Source: Strigamia acuminata
Taxonomy: Eukaryota
NCBI GenBank assembly: GCA_949358305.1
Contig: OX442314.1
Coordinates: 21,018,001 to 21,082,000, forward strand
Direction of reading: 5' to 3'
Length of the DNA stretch: 64,000 nt
Position numbers and translations under genes: made by a program. Under the pieces are notes generated by a model. The model was given only the letters and a program-made list of their open reading frames with translations. It searched no databases and was not told the origin of the DNA. Positions 54,595 through 64,000 of the stretch are shown here, in pieces. Numbering within the stretch: position 1 is the first letter of the stretch; each line of letters opens with the position of its first letter.

Positions 54595-54765
54595 GTTATA
54601 ACGAATTGCAAGGAACCCGAAAAATCGGTAGTTTTAACGAAAGTTCGTTATATCAAAATTTTTTAACATGGTGTTATGTGGCCCACCAACCAACAAGCCA
54701 TTTTTAACTATTCATTATAACGATAAATTTGTTATATCGCGGTTCGTTATAACGAGGGAAGTCTG
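54595..54765. mobile_element. Second, left-truncated copy of the 2417-2601 MITE family
   Basis: Colinear with the first copy (gcaagg..c.cgaaaaatcg, aaattttttaacatgg, ccaaccaa, ttcgttata). Right end CTG|TA. Confidence 0.8.
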
Positions 54766-56764
54766 TACAACTGTACAACATTTGTGTACTTGCAAATGAA
54801 TTATTTGTGCTTGGAATTTGCAGATTTAGACAGGTTTTGATCAGGTAAAATCAATTGTACACTCAGGTTTGCTTGCTGTGCATGCGTTGAAGTGAGCATG
54901 GTATTAGGCCGTTTCGTTATCTGCATAATCTTGTTTTAAATCTACGTATCCAGCATAAACTTTATATCCAGGTTTAGGTGATAAGCTACGCTTAGCTAAT
55001 TGCAGTATTATCTAAACTAGGCATTCAGTTACATTCGTTTTATTTTGGATTCTATTTTGTGAATGGTTTCATTCATACGTTCTACCTTACTGCCCTGCTG
55101 GTGTAATTAAGTGTTAAGTTCTCCCTGGGTGGCACATCTTAACTTATTAAGAGTGTTGTCTTTATTTTCTCCACTTGTGCCGCGACTTAAGCAGCACCTT
55201 GAGGAACATTCGTAAAATTTTTTATTTAAAGTAGAGATCCTTTGATTTTTTTTTTTTAAAAAAAATTCAGATTTAAAAGCTCTCTGCAAATGACTTTTCT
55301 GAGTTAATGACTTGAACGGATTTTTGCCACTGGCGCTGAAACCGGAAATCCATATTAGTGATTCCATAAATGGGGTTTTTCTAATAAACATTAATCAAAA
55401 TGGTAACACGATGGCAATTATCAAATAAATCAAAGTCGAGAAACTTTCGAAAGTTATCGATCCATCAATTCAATTAATTTTAAGTTTTAAAACTTTTATG
55501 TATAAAACATTTTTTTAAATGTTATAAATGATATGCACACGCGAGGCAGTCATCATTTCTGTCATTTCCAACTCATTTTTTAAGTTTAACATCTTTTGTA
55601 ATTGATTGAGTCTCATCTGTCTGGGAATTATTGGGGAAGAAGAAGAAAAAATCACTCAATTTTATCCTTCGTCGGTATACGTTAATAATCTGTCACGATT
55701 TATGACTTGAAATGTTCTTTTTCGTATGTATTTATATATATATACTTTTCAAACTTTTTCCCCTTTCCTGAATGACCCTATGTGCCAATTTTGGTACATA
55801 TAAGTTCGATGAAAAACATTTTCCCTTCCCTGTAATGATTCATGATATCCACAAGTGTAGGGGTTGGCCATCTTCACATCAGAGTATCGGGGCTCACGAC
55901 CCCGACTATTTCGTATCAAAATGTTTGAGGGACAATTTTTTCCACTACTTTTGACACACAGTTGGACCATTGCGCAGCTGGAACTGTGTTCGCGCCCACT
56001 GAATCCATGAGAAGACGTTGGAAAATGGATAAAAAAAGATCAAACCATCAAAGTTGATGGATAGTCCCGAAAAATAAAAAGAAAGACGCATAGGACGACT
56101 AAAATTTGACAAAATGTGCATGTGTGAAGGGGTGATTTTGCAAAGCAAAGTGATCAATTTGCAGTGACTGCATGCGAAATCCATCCGACTGTAGACTACT
56201 TTTAGATTTATTGTCGTTTTGGGTCATTTTTTAAAGATGGATTTGGAATTTGTTGGTGTCTTAAAACATGCAATAGGCTGCAGGGTAGGGTAAATTAATT
56301 AAGTTTTCGTGCTTGTGAGAACGAGTGTAGTATTTTATTTCAATTAGATTTGAATTCTAAAAAGATCAGGTTCAAATTTGATTCAACGATGCAGCACTGC
56401 ATTTAACACGGATGAGTGTGAAAATAGTTTCGATCGGGCAAAGAGAGTTTAACGGCTCAGAGGCACCTGACATTCTTAAGAGCAGTGGATGCTGCACAAA
56501 GACAACATTCAGTTTCTTTAAGAGCGAAATAGAGTACATTTACCACGGGCGTCACTGAGATGACACGTTAGAAATAGGTGGCGCCAGAAAAAAAAATATT
56601 TTCCGTAAAGTACTAACTAATGGACGGAAAATGAAAGAGGTGTATTTATGTAATACAATAAAACAAGACTGAATTCTTGTTGAATTTTCGTGCGGATGTC
56701 GATTTCTTATCTGTGCTCAAGAATAATTCTTCATCTAAAATAGGTAATGGGATCCGTTCTACTC

Positions 56765-58248
56765 TGTTGCGTTCCTGGATGTTCCCAAAATTATAATAAT
56801 AATAATTGCACAGAATATTAATCTAATTCAATGCAAAAGGTCCCGGTATTCAACCTGTGGAAAGCAGTTGAATGCCGTAAAAGGTCTTCTATCGGGTTTG
56901 GCAGTTAAGTTGGTGTCTAGGGGTTTTTTGGCTGTGGTTTTTGTGTCTAGGGGTTTTTTGGTAGCAAATGCAATAATAACAAGTAATTTAAAAAAGGATA
57001 AACAGTTTTATTAACGTTAAAATTAAGGAGTAATATAAATACAAGGGATAAATGAATAATTAAATGAATATTGATAAAGTTAAACAAGGAAAGAAGAGAA
57101 AGGCGCGAGAACAATGGAATTGTTCGCGCGCGCGGAAACAATAGGTTGAGAAAATGGCGGCAACGAATCGCCGTGAAAATTGGTGCAAATGCACACAAAC
57201 GGGCGCGGAATCGTGAGATTTCGCGATGTGATTCGGCTGTGGAGCCAGAATCGTGGCCAGCTAAATAGCCAGGCCGGGGTGGAGAATACGAGGTGTGAAC
57301 CCTCGAGTTGAAACGGGAAATTCTCCGTTGAAAACTCACGAGTCCAACTGGCGTAGTTCGCACTGTCGAATTCGGTTTTCAGGTCCGTTTCTTCTCGGCA
57401 AATTATCGTCGTCGGCAGGTCGAGCGTCGAGGTTTCGTCGGCTTTCGCGCGTCGTCCCTCGTCAACTCGGCGGCTGGCTGGCGTCGGTCTTCAACGTATA
57501 TCACTCGAATTACCGTCGTCGGTGGCTAGCGTCGAGGTTTCGTCGGCTTGGCGCGCGTCGTCCCTCGTCAGCTTGGCGTCTTCCAGGCGTCGGTCTACGA
57601 TGGCGTGTGTACGTTTATCTTCGGGCGGCGGCGGAAACAACGGTTGCTCGGTCCGTTGCACGTCGACTTCGTCGTCCGGGAAGGAGTCACTTGATGCGTA
57701 TTGGCATCAAGCAAATCAGTTGAAACTTTGCAATATCTCACGGATCACGGACAAAACAGTGTTATTGGGTTGAACAAAGTTGTGTCGGTGTGAACGGTGT
57801 GAGGAGGAGGCAAAGAGTGAGTAATAAACGAATTTATTACCCAAACTTTGGCCGGAAAATCGGCCGAGTGCGCATGCGTGGCATGCACCTGGCACACTTC
57901 GTGCCTGGCAACTGTGCAAATTAGGAGCTGGCCATAGCAACCCCCCAATTTGGCAGTTAGGTTGCCATGGCAGTCCTAACGGCTTCTGTTTAACAGCCGA
58001 AAGCACTTGGCAATTGCAAATAAAATGAGTATTTTATTTGCACAAGCAAGCAAAAAATATGTAATTATTTTAACAAATAATTCATTAAAAACACTAAAAT
58101 AAATTGATTCCTTAAATTACCAATTTCTACTATTTCTAAATAATTAAAGGGACTGTAAAACAATTTATTTAACACATTAAATAGATTAAATTATTAATTT
58201 CTTATACTCCAAATATTCCAAATAAAAGGAACATTTGAGATCACAACA
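56765..58248 (-). repeat. 3' LTR (1484 bp)
   Basis: Runs from TGTTGCGTTCC to GATCACAACA on the + strand. Matches 62469-63952 except C57559 vs T63263 by visual comparison; the duplicated ORFs in the track show the same single difference. Confidence 0.97.
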
Positions 58249-58257
58249 CTTCCCCCC
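58249..58257 (-). promoter_or_regulatory. Polypurine tract
   Basis: The - strand reads GGGGGGAAG immediately before the TGTTG start of the 3' LTR. Confidence 0.85.
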
Positions 58258-58584
58258 AATTAAAATCAAACATTTTTAATTTAAAAGGATGGAATATAGT
58301 GGGTCCTGATCACAAATTGTTCAAATAATTAAATTATTAACAAATTTAATAGTAATAGGATTTACAAATTTGCAAATAGAGGTTAAAACACGGAATAAAA
58401 TAATTTAGTAGTGAAGAATTAGTTATTTTCTAGGCTAAAACTGAATTTCAACTAAAATTATTGGTAGTCACTACAGTAGTGCATTAAATAATTCGAATAA
58501 CAATTTGATTTTCAAGAAAAAGTTATGCAAACGATTAAATACGTAAAAAACAATGATATTAAAAATTTTAACATAAAAAGTTAT

Positions 58585-61500
58585 TTAGTGGCATTGAATC
58601 CAATAAATGATGCCGATTGGTAACTCTGGGGCTAAAGGAGTCGGCAATCGAGGTAAGCTCATGTCTGTTGTCTTGTCTCGAAGGTTTTCCCTCTCGAGGA
58701 CAAGTTCAAACGGACGGCCGGTATACGGCCCAAAAATTAAATCTGTGTTGTCGTGCAACCACTCACTTCTAATTGAGCAAAAGTTGACGTTATCTTCAAA
58801 CGTTATTTCGTTATTTTCTCGGGGCATTTTCGGCTTTTTTCTAACTTTTGTTAGCCGCTGATAATGAATCCACGGCTGCTTTGCCTCGATGTGGCGTTCT
58901 GAGCGCTCTTGATCTTCGTACCCGAGATTAACTGAATTTTCTTGCAGCATCCCCATGTGTGGCTGCAGTCTTGAATAGGTTTTTCGTAATTGGCGGTAAA
59001 TTGTCAATTCTTCTTGATTTTCCAACTGTTTCGAGGGAATTGAACAAGGTTTCGCCGGTGACGGCGGTTTTGTCCGTGATGGACGTCTCTTTTTTGTAGA
59101 CTGTCGAGTCACGGGAGGTGCGAAGGCACATGTTTCACTGATTGGTCTTGTCGCCAATGCGCCTTGTGCATCATGCACTAGTCGGGTGACCAAGCGATTT
59201 TTCCGCTGAAGAAATGTTTTTGGCCTGGCGCCTGAGCTGGCATAATCGACAGTCCGTAGGATGGGTCCGCTGGAATTGGGTCTTGACGTTGAAGTCGACG
59301 AGTTGACGGGCTGTATTGTCGTAAATTGTCCTGAGGTCTTTATAGCCTTTTTGGTCGCTTTTACAGCAACACCAGCAGCAGGATTCAATGTTGATGAAGG
59401 TCTCGTTTTCTTCTTGACCAGGGAGACCGGCATTTCTTCTGGTTGAACTGATTCGAGCTCCGTTTGGTAGGTATCTCCTCGTTCATCTCGTTCATTCAGC
59501 AGTTTGACCAACTCGGCCGAATGTTTGGAAATCGAAGCTGGTGGAGACTTCTTTTTTAGCGTTGGCGAAACTGGTGTCTCTACTGATTGAATCGCTGGGA
59601 GTACATGCTTGTGAGCGATCTTCCGCGGCTTCCGCTTCTTGTGAAGTTGGATGGCCGATTCGGCCAAGTGTTTGTTACTAACAAGTACAAGTTCTTGCTG
59701 TATGGTCGACGAATCTAGGAGAATGGACCTCCAGTAGTCTAAAAAATTATCTTGGTTAGCGGAATTCATCGGGGGTGTCCAGAGACATATTGCATCTGCG
59801 AGGGCAATTCGATTGCTTGTGGCGGTGCTCTGAGTTAAAATGCTGCAGAGTCCCGCAACCAATAATTGTTGTAAAGCGGAGAGTTGAATGTCCAGGGCAT
59901 TGGTTGGCTCCATGTCGCGCAGATGATTGATTATACGCTGCCAATTTTGAATGGTTTTGCTAATTTGAGTCCTTTGATACTCATTCAGGTCTTCCATCAA
60001 AATATCTTGTGTGTCACGAGGCAATACTTCAACACTGGACTTCGTCATGTCATAATTTTGGTCAAACGATCGGCTTTGAGTCAAAGAAACTGTTTCAAAT
60101 TTCTCAGCCGGAAATTGAGATTTTGGAGTGCTTGGTTTTGGATACACAGAGGTTGTGATGGATTTACTAGCAATAGATACTTCTTGTGCATTCGGGCGTG
60201 TTAACACTGGGGTCAAATGGGTAATTGGTTTCTCCAAATTTTCAACTTGCATTAACACTGGGGTTGAATTGATAATTGACTTTTCCCAATTTTCAACTTG
60301 CGTTGCCCAATCCATAGCCGTTTGGTCGGCAGTCTGTGAAAATTCCAAGGGATAATCTTTTTTGATTTTTGCCGCTGTTGGCACGGAATTAATATTTTCC
60401 AACAAGGCGATTGATGTTGGAGTGGCGGAGATCGGCGCATCACTGGTTGAGACATAAATTTCTGCCGGTGGTGATGTGTCAGTCTTTGCGTCCCATCGTT
60501 TCTCTGCTTTGCTGAGAGGCTTTTCCTTTGCAATTGTCCCAGATGCATTAAACGAACCTTTTGTAAAAAGTTTTTTAGGCTTACATTTAATTTCAGTCAC
60601 ATGTTTAGCTAACACTACACTGGTGTTACTAATTGTTGAGCCGGTTTCTTTTTCGGCTTTCACTTTAACTTTGAGATCGACTTCATTCATCGAGTCAACA
60701 ATGGTAAGTCGAGTATGAGAATGAGAAGTTTTTGTAGAACAATGAGGATTCTGCACGTGATTAATGTTTTTTGCCGGTTTCTCGGCAAATGTAGTTGCAC
60801 TTGATCTCTCGAAAGTTTGTTCTCGGTATTCAAATGTTTTTTCAATCTCTTCAGTCGCGTTATAAATTGGGGTCCAATCTGATGGTGAAGATGCACATGT
60901 TTGAGGACGACTTTGTTGTCCCCCCACCTTAGGTGAACGCGTTGACTGTTCACGGCTGAAAGCGGAATTTTCACGTCTTGATTGATATGGCGGAGAACAA
61001 TCACTACTTTTTTCGCATTCCCTCTTTGGTGGATTAATACATGTTGGTGAATCGTAATGTGATTGAGAGTCATTGAAATTATTTCTGAGATCTGAATTTT
61101 TGCAGAAGTTGCTACAAGTAGGTAATTTCGCACTTTGTTCACAATTTTTTGAGTCTATTATATTCAATAATGCATGGCTATTATTAAATATTTCATCATT
61201 TGAAGTGTTCCATTTTTTACAGTCAGAAGCTTCCATCGTTGAACTTCTTTTCGTTTGAAATTTTCGTTTGTCATTACTGGACGCACAGAACGAACGATTA
61301 TTGTCAGTAGTTGCAAGATTAACCATTTTAGGTTTGAACGCCGTGACATCCGGCGGATTCGGTTGTTGAGTTGTAAACTCGGCTGATCGAATCTTCTTCA
61401 AGAGTTCGTCTATCTCTTCCTGAGATTTTTGTATTTCCGCAAATTTTGCCGTCCATTCGGTTTTGTGAAATTGTCTGCATGGTGATGATGGTGTTTCACG

Positions 61501-62307
61501 AATTTCATGCGACTTTTTCCATTTTCGATCCGCATCTAACCGTTGTTGTGGTTGTAAGGTGAAGGATTCGTCCTCACGGTGGGATAAATTCTTTGTACGC
61601 ACTTGTCGCAGATTGGCTATTTCTTGAAGTTCCAATTCGCGGGCTTTAGTTCTATTACAAATTTCTTCGTCTAGAGCTTGTTTAGTTTCGTCAAGCTCTC
61701 TGCTTGTTCTTTCCAATTCTTCAATTTCGGCACTTTCATTTGCATTTTCCTCGGCCGCACAATGTTTATTTAAAACGAGTTTGGCTTGTGATAAATTCAA
61801 TCGGTCACGAGTTAGTTCCATTTCGAATGCTAATGTCTCTATTCGATAATCCATTTCATCGACAAATTGTTCGCTTTCAAAATTGATCGTGGCTAGGCGA
61901 ATTTTCTCGGCCGCGTCTGGATCTACGAGGAGAACTTCGGCAACGAGCGCTTCAAACTCTGGTGACCGCTGAGGAAATTCATATCTTTGTCTTGGAGTCG
62001 AGGTGCGTGGTTGAGTACGATCATTTACTTTGTCAATACTCCTTTTTGTTTCAGCATCCATTTCACGATCCGTTGAAACATTTTTGAATTTTTGAAATGA
62101 ACGTTTTTTCGCATCAAGTGAAATTTCAGCCGATATCTCGGCTTCGGCGATTTCCAATCGAGTTTCGGCTGAGCGTTTAGCCGTTACTTCCTTTGGAAAA
62201 CTACTGCGCCGAGTTTGGGCACCTTGTGGGCAGTTAGACCCGACTATTGGACGACTATACGTCCTTCCCTCAATTGGCGAAGGGACTTCATCATGTAACT
62301 TAGGCAT
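58585..62307 (-). CDS. 1240-aa uncharacterised protein in the gag position of the LTR element
   Basis: Uninterrupted 3723-bp ORF, sense to the element, starting about 140 nt after the PBS with A at -3 (ccatcATG). It has an N-terminal E/K/R-rich coiled-coil-like region, a long S/T/P/K-rich low-complexity middle, a probable helical island (MEDLNEYQRTQ...FLDYWRSILLD) and basic clusters (HKKRKPRK, KKRRPSR, KVRKKPK). No D[ST]G protease, YxDD, DDE or CCHC motif in a recognisable context. Confidence 0.85.
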   Translation of the reverse strand: MPKLHDEVPSPIEGRTYSRPIVGSNCPQGAQTRRSSFPKEVTAKRSAETRLEIAEAEISAEISLDAKKRSFQKFKNVSTDREMDAETKRSIDKVNDRTQPRTSTPRQRYEFPQRSPEFEALVAEVLLVDPDAAEKIRLATINFESEQFVDEMDYRIETLAFEMELTRDRLNLSQAKLVLNKHCAAEENANESAEIEELERTSRELDETKQALDEEICNRTKARELELQEIANLRQVRTKNLSHREDESFTLQPQQRLDADRKWKKSHEIRETPSSPCRQFHKTEWTAKFAEIQKSQEEIDELLKKIRSAEFTTQQPNPPDVTAFKPKMVNLATTDNNRSFCASSNDKRKFQTKRSSTMEASDCKKWNTSNDEIFNNSHALLNIIDSKNCEQSAKLPTCSNFCKNSDLRNNFNDSQSHYDSPTCINPPKRECEKSSDCSPPYQSRRENSAFSREQSTRSPKVGGQQSRPQTCASSPSDWTPIYNATEEIEKTFEYREQTFERSSATTFAEKPAKNINHVQNPHCSTKTSHSHTRLTIVDSMNEVDLKVKVKAEKETGSTISNTSVVLAKHVTEIKCKPKKLFTKGSFNASGTIAKEKPLSKAEKRWDAKTDTSPPAEIYVSTSDAPISATPTSIALLENINSVPTAAKIKKDYPLEFSQTADQTAMDWATQVENWEKSIINSTPVLMQVENLEKPITHLTPVLTRPNAQEVSIASKSITTSVYPKPSTPKSQFPAEKFETVSLTQSRSFDQNYDMTKSSVEVLPRDTQDILMEDLNEYQRTQISKTIQNWQRIINHLRDMEPTNALDIQLSALQQLLVAGLCSILTQSTATSNRIALADAICLWTPPMNSANQDNFLDYWRSILLDSSTIQQELVLVSNKHLAESAIQLHKKRKPRKIAHKHVLPAIQSVETPVSPTLKKKSPPASISKHSAELVKLLNERDERGDTYQTELESVQPEEMPVSLVKKKTRPSSTLNPAAGVAVKATKKAIKTSGQFTTIQPVNSSTSTSRPNSSGPILRTVDYASSGARPKTFLQRKNRLVTRLVHDAQGALATRPISETCAFAPPVTRQSTKKRRPSRTKPPSPAKPCSIPSKQLENQEELTIYRQLRKTYSRLQPHMGMLQENSVNLGYEDQERSERHIEAKQPWIHYQRLTKVRKKPKMPRENNEITFEDNVNFCSIRSEWLHDNTDLIFGPYTGRPFELVLERENLRDKTTDMSLPRLPTPLAPELPIGIIYWIQCH

Positions 62308-62448
62308 GATGGCAAGAATGTTACAAAAAGAGAAGAAAGATGATAGGAAAGTTAGAAAAATAGGTAAAAAATACTAAAATGGGGAAAAACAAGATTTTTT
62401 AATTTTTTAATCTTACTTTAAATTCTAAAAATTCTAAAAATTGGGATA

Positions 62449-62466
62449 ATCCCGGACGGGCCCCCA
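62449..62466 (-). promoter_or_regulatory. Primer-binding site complementary to the tRNA-Pro 3' end
   Basis: The - strand reads TGGGGGCCCGTCCGGGAT, starting after a 2-nt spacer (CT) from the LTR. It is 17/18 identical to the classical tRNA-Pro PBS TGGGGGCTCGTCCGGGAT. Confidence 0.92.
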
Positions 62467-62468
62467 AG

Positions 62469-63952
62469 TGTTGCGTTCCTGGATGTTCCCAAAATTATAA
62501 TAATAATAATTGCACAGAATATTAATCTAATTCAATGCAAAAGGTCCCGGTATTCAACCTGTGGAAAGCAGTTGAATGCCGTAAAAGGTCTTCTATCGGG
62601 TTTGGCAGTTAAGTTGGTGTCTAGGGGTTTTTTGGCTGTGGTTTTTGTGTCTAGGGGTTTTTTGGTAGCAAATGCAATAATAACAAGTAATTTAAAAAAG
62701 GATAAACAGTTTTATTAACGTTAAAATTAAGGAGTAATATAAATACAAGGGATAAATGAATAATTAAATGAATATTGATAAAGTTAAACAAGGAAAGAAG
62801 AGAAAGGCGCGAGAACAATGGAATTGTTCGCGCGCGCGGAAACAATAGGTTGAGAAAATGGCGGCAACGAATCGCCGTGAAAATTGGTGCAAATGCACAC
62901 AAACGGGCGCGGAATCGTGAGATTTCGCGATGTGATTCGGCTGTGGAGCCAGAATCGTGGCCAGCTAAATAGCCAGGCCGGGGTGGAGAATACGAGGTGT
63001 GAACCCTCGAGTTGAAACGGGAAATTCTCCGTTGAAAACTCACGAGTCCAACTGGCGTAGTTCGCACTGTCGAATTCGGTTTTCAGGTCCGTTTCTTCTC
63101 GGCAAATTATCGTCGTCGGCAGGTCGAGCGTCGAGGTTTCGTCGGCTTTCGCGCGTCGTCCCTCGTCAACTCGGCGGCTGGCTGGCGTCGGTCTTCAACG
63201 TATATCACTCGAATTACCGTCGTCGGTGGCTAGCGTCGAGGTTTCGTCGGCTTGGCGCGCGTTGTCCCTCGTCAGCTTGGCGTCTTCCAGGCGTCGGTCT
63301 ACGATGGCGTGTGTACGTTTATCTTCGGGCGGCGGCGGAAACAACGGTTGCTCGGTCCGTTGCACGTCGACTTCGTCGTCCGGGAAGGAGTCACTTGATG
63401 CGTATTGGCATCAAGCAAATCAGTTGAAACTTTGCAATATCTCACGGATCACGGACAAAACAGTGTTATTGGGTTGAACAAAGTTGTGTCGGTGTGAACG
63501 GTGTGAGGAGGAGGCAAAGAGTGAGTAATAAACGAATTTATTACCCAAACTTTGGCCGGAAAATCGGCCGAGTGCGCATGCGTGGCATGCACCTGGCACA
63601 CTTCGTGCCTGGCAACTGTGCAAATTAGGAGCTGGCCATAGCAACCCCCCAATTTGGCAGTTAGGTTGCCATGGCAGTCCTAACGGCTTCTGTTTAACAG
63701 CCGAAAGCACTTGGCAATTGCAAATAAAATGAGTATTTTATTTGCACAAGCAAGCAAAAAATATGTAATTATTTTAACAAATAATTCATTAAAAACACTA
63801 AAATAAATTGATTCCTTAAATTACCAATTTCTACTATTTCTAAATAATTAAAGGGACTGTAAAACAATTTATTTAACACATTAAATAGATTAAATTATTA
63901 ATTTCTTATACTCCAAATATTCCAAATAAAAGGAACATTTGAGATCACAACA
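62469..63952 (-). repeat. 5' LTR (1484 bp)
   Basis: Direct copy of 56765-58248, followed on the - strand by the PBS. Confidence 0.97.
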
Positions 63953-64000
63953 ACTCTTCGAGCTATTTCCACTATTTGCAATCAATTGAAAGGGCCTATT

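Larger units (their letters stand above)
56765..63952 (-). mobile_element. Full-length non-autonomous LTR retroelement (Ty3/gypsy-like cis signals), 7188 bp, single ORF, no pol
   Basis: Two direct 1484-bp repeats offset by 5704 bp, each TGTTG...CAACA. 4-bp TSD ACTC at 56761-56764 and 63953-63956. PBS next to the right LTR and PPT next to the left LTR, both on the - strand. Confidence 0.97.

Noticed and set aside
506..56184. Remaining 60-142 aa ORFs in the track
   Set aside because: They are mostly F/L/K/I-rich translations of AT-rich non-coding DNA, many with non-ATG starts, and show no recognisable domains.
56947..58006. Cluster of 65-142 aa ORFs, duplicated at 62651-63710
   Set aside because: They lie wholly within the LTRs on both strands and are explained by the GC-rich, stop-poor core. 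No recognisable domain.
58607..61886. Short ORFs overlapping the 1240-aa ORF as a possible hidden pol or env
   Set aside because: None shows protease, RT, RNase H, integrase or envelope motifs; they are shadow frames of the long ORF.

Overview
AT-rich, intron-like eukaryotic DNA. The splice signals, transposon types and protein sequence suggest an invertebrate, probably an insect, but the taxon cannot be fixed from this window. The only confident host coding feature is one exon of a TMTC3-type protein O-mannosyltransferase (+ strand, 49746-49934). Its upstream exon(s) are not identified and its next exon is not seen in the window. The main feature is a very young, structurally complete 7188-bp LTR element (56765-63952, - strand), apparently inside the TMTC3 intron. 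It has two 1484-bp TG..CA LTRs differing at one position by eye, a 4-bp ACTC target duplication, a tRNA-Pro primer-binding site and a polypurine tract. It has no pol: the 4.2-kb interior holds a single intact 1240-aa ORF with no recognisable protease, RT, RNase H, integrase, env or CCHC motif. A minimal Penelope-type hammerhead ribozyme motif inside a 31-bp inverted repeat lies at 38742-38839 (- strand). The rest is MITEs (pogo/Tigger, Tc2, Tc1-like, piggyBac, Harbinger-like), minisatellites, hairpins, two dispersed repeat families and a few speculative exon or promoter candidates. Nearly all short ORFs in the supplied track look spurious.
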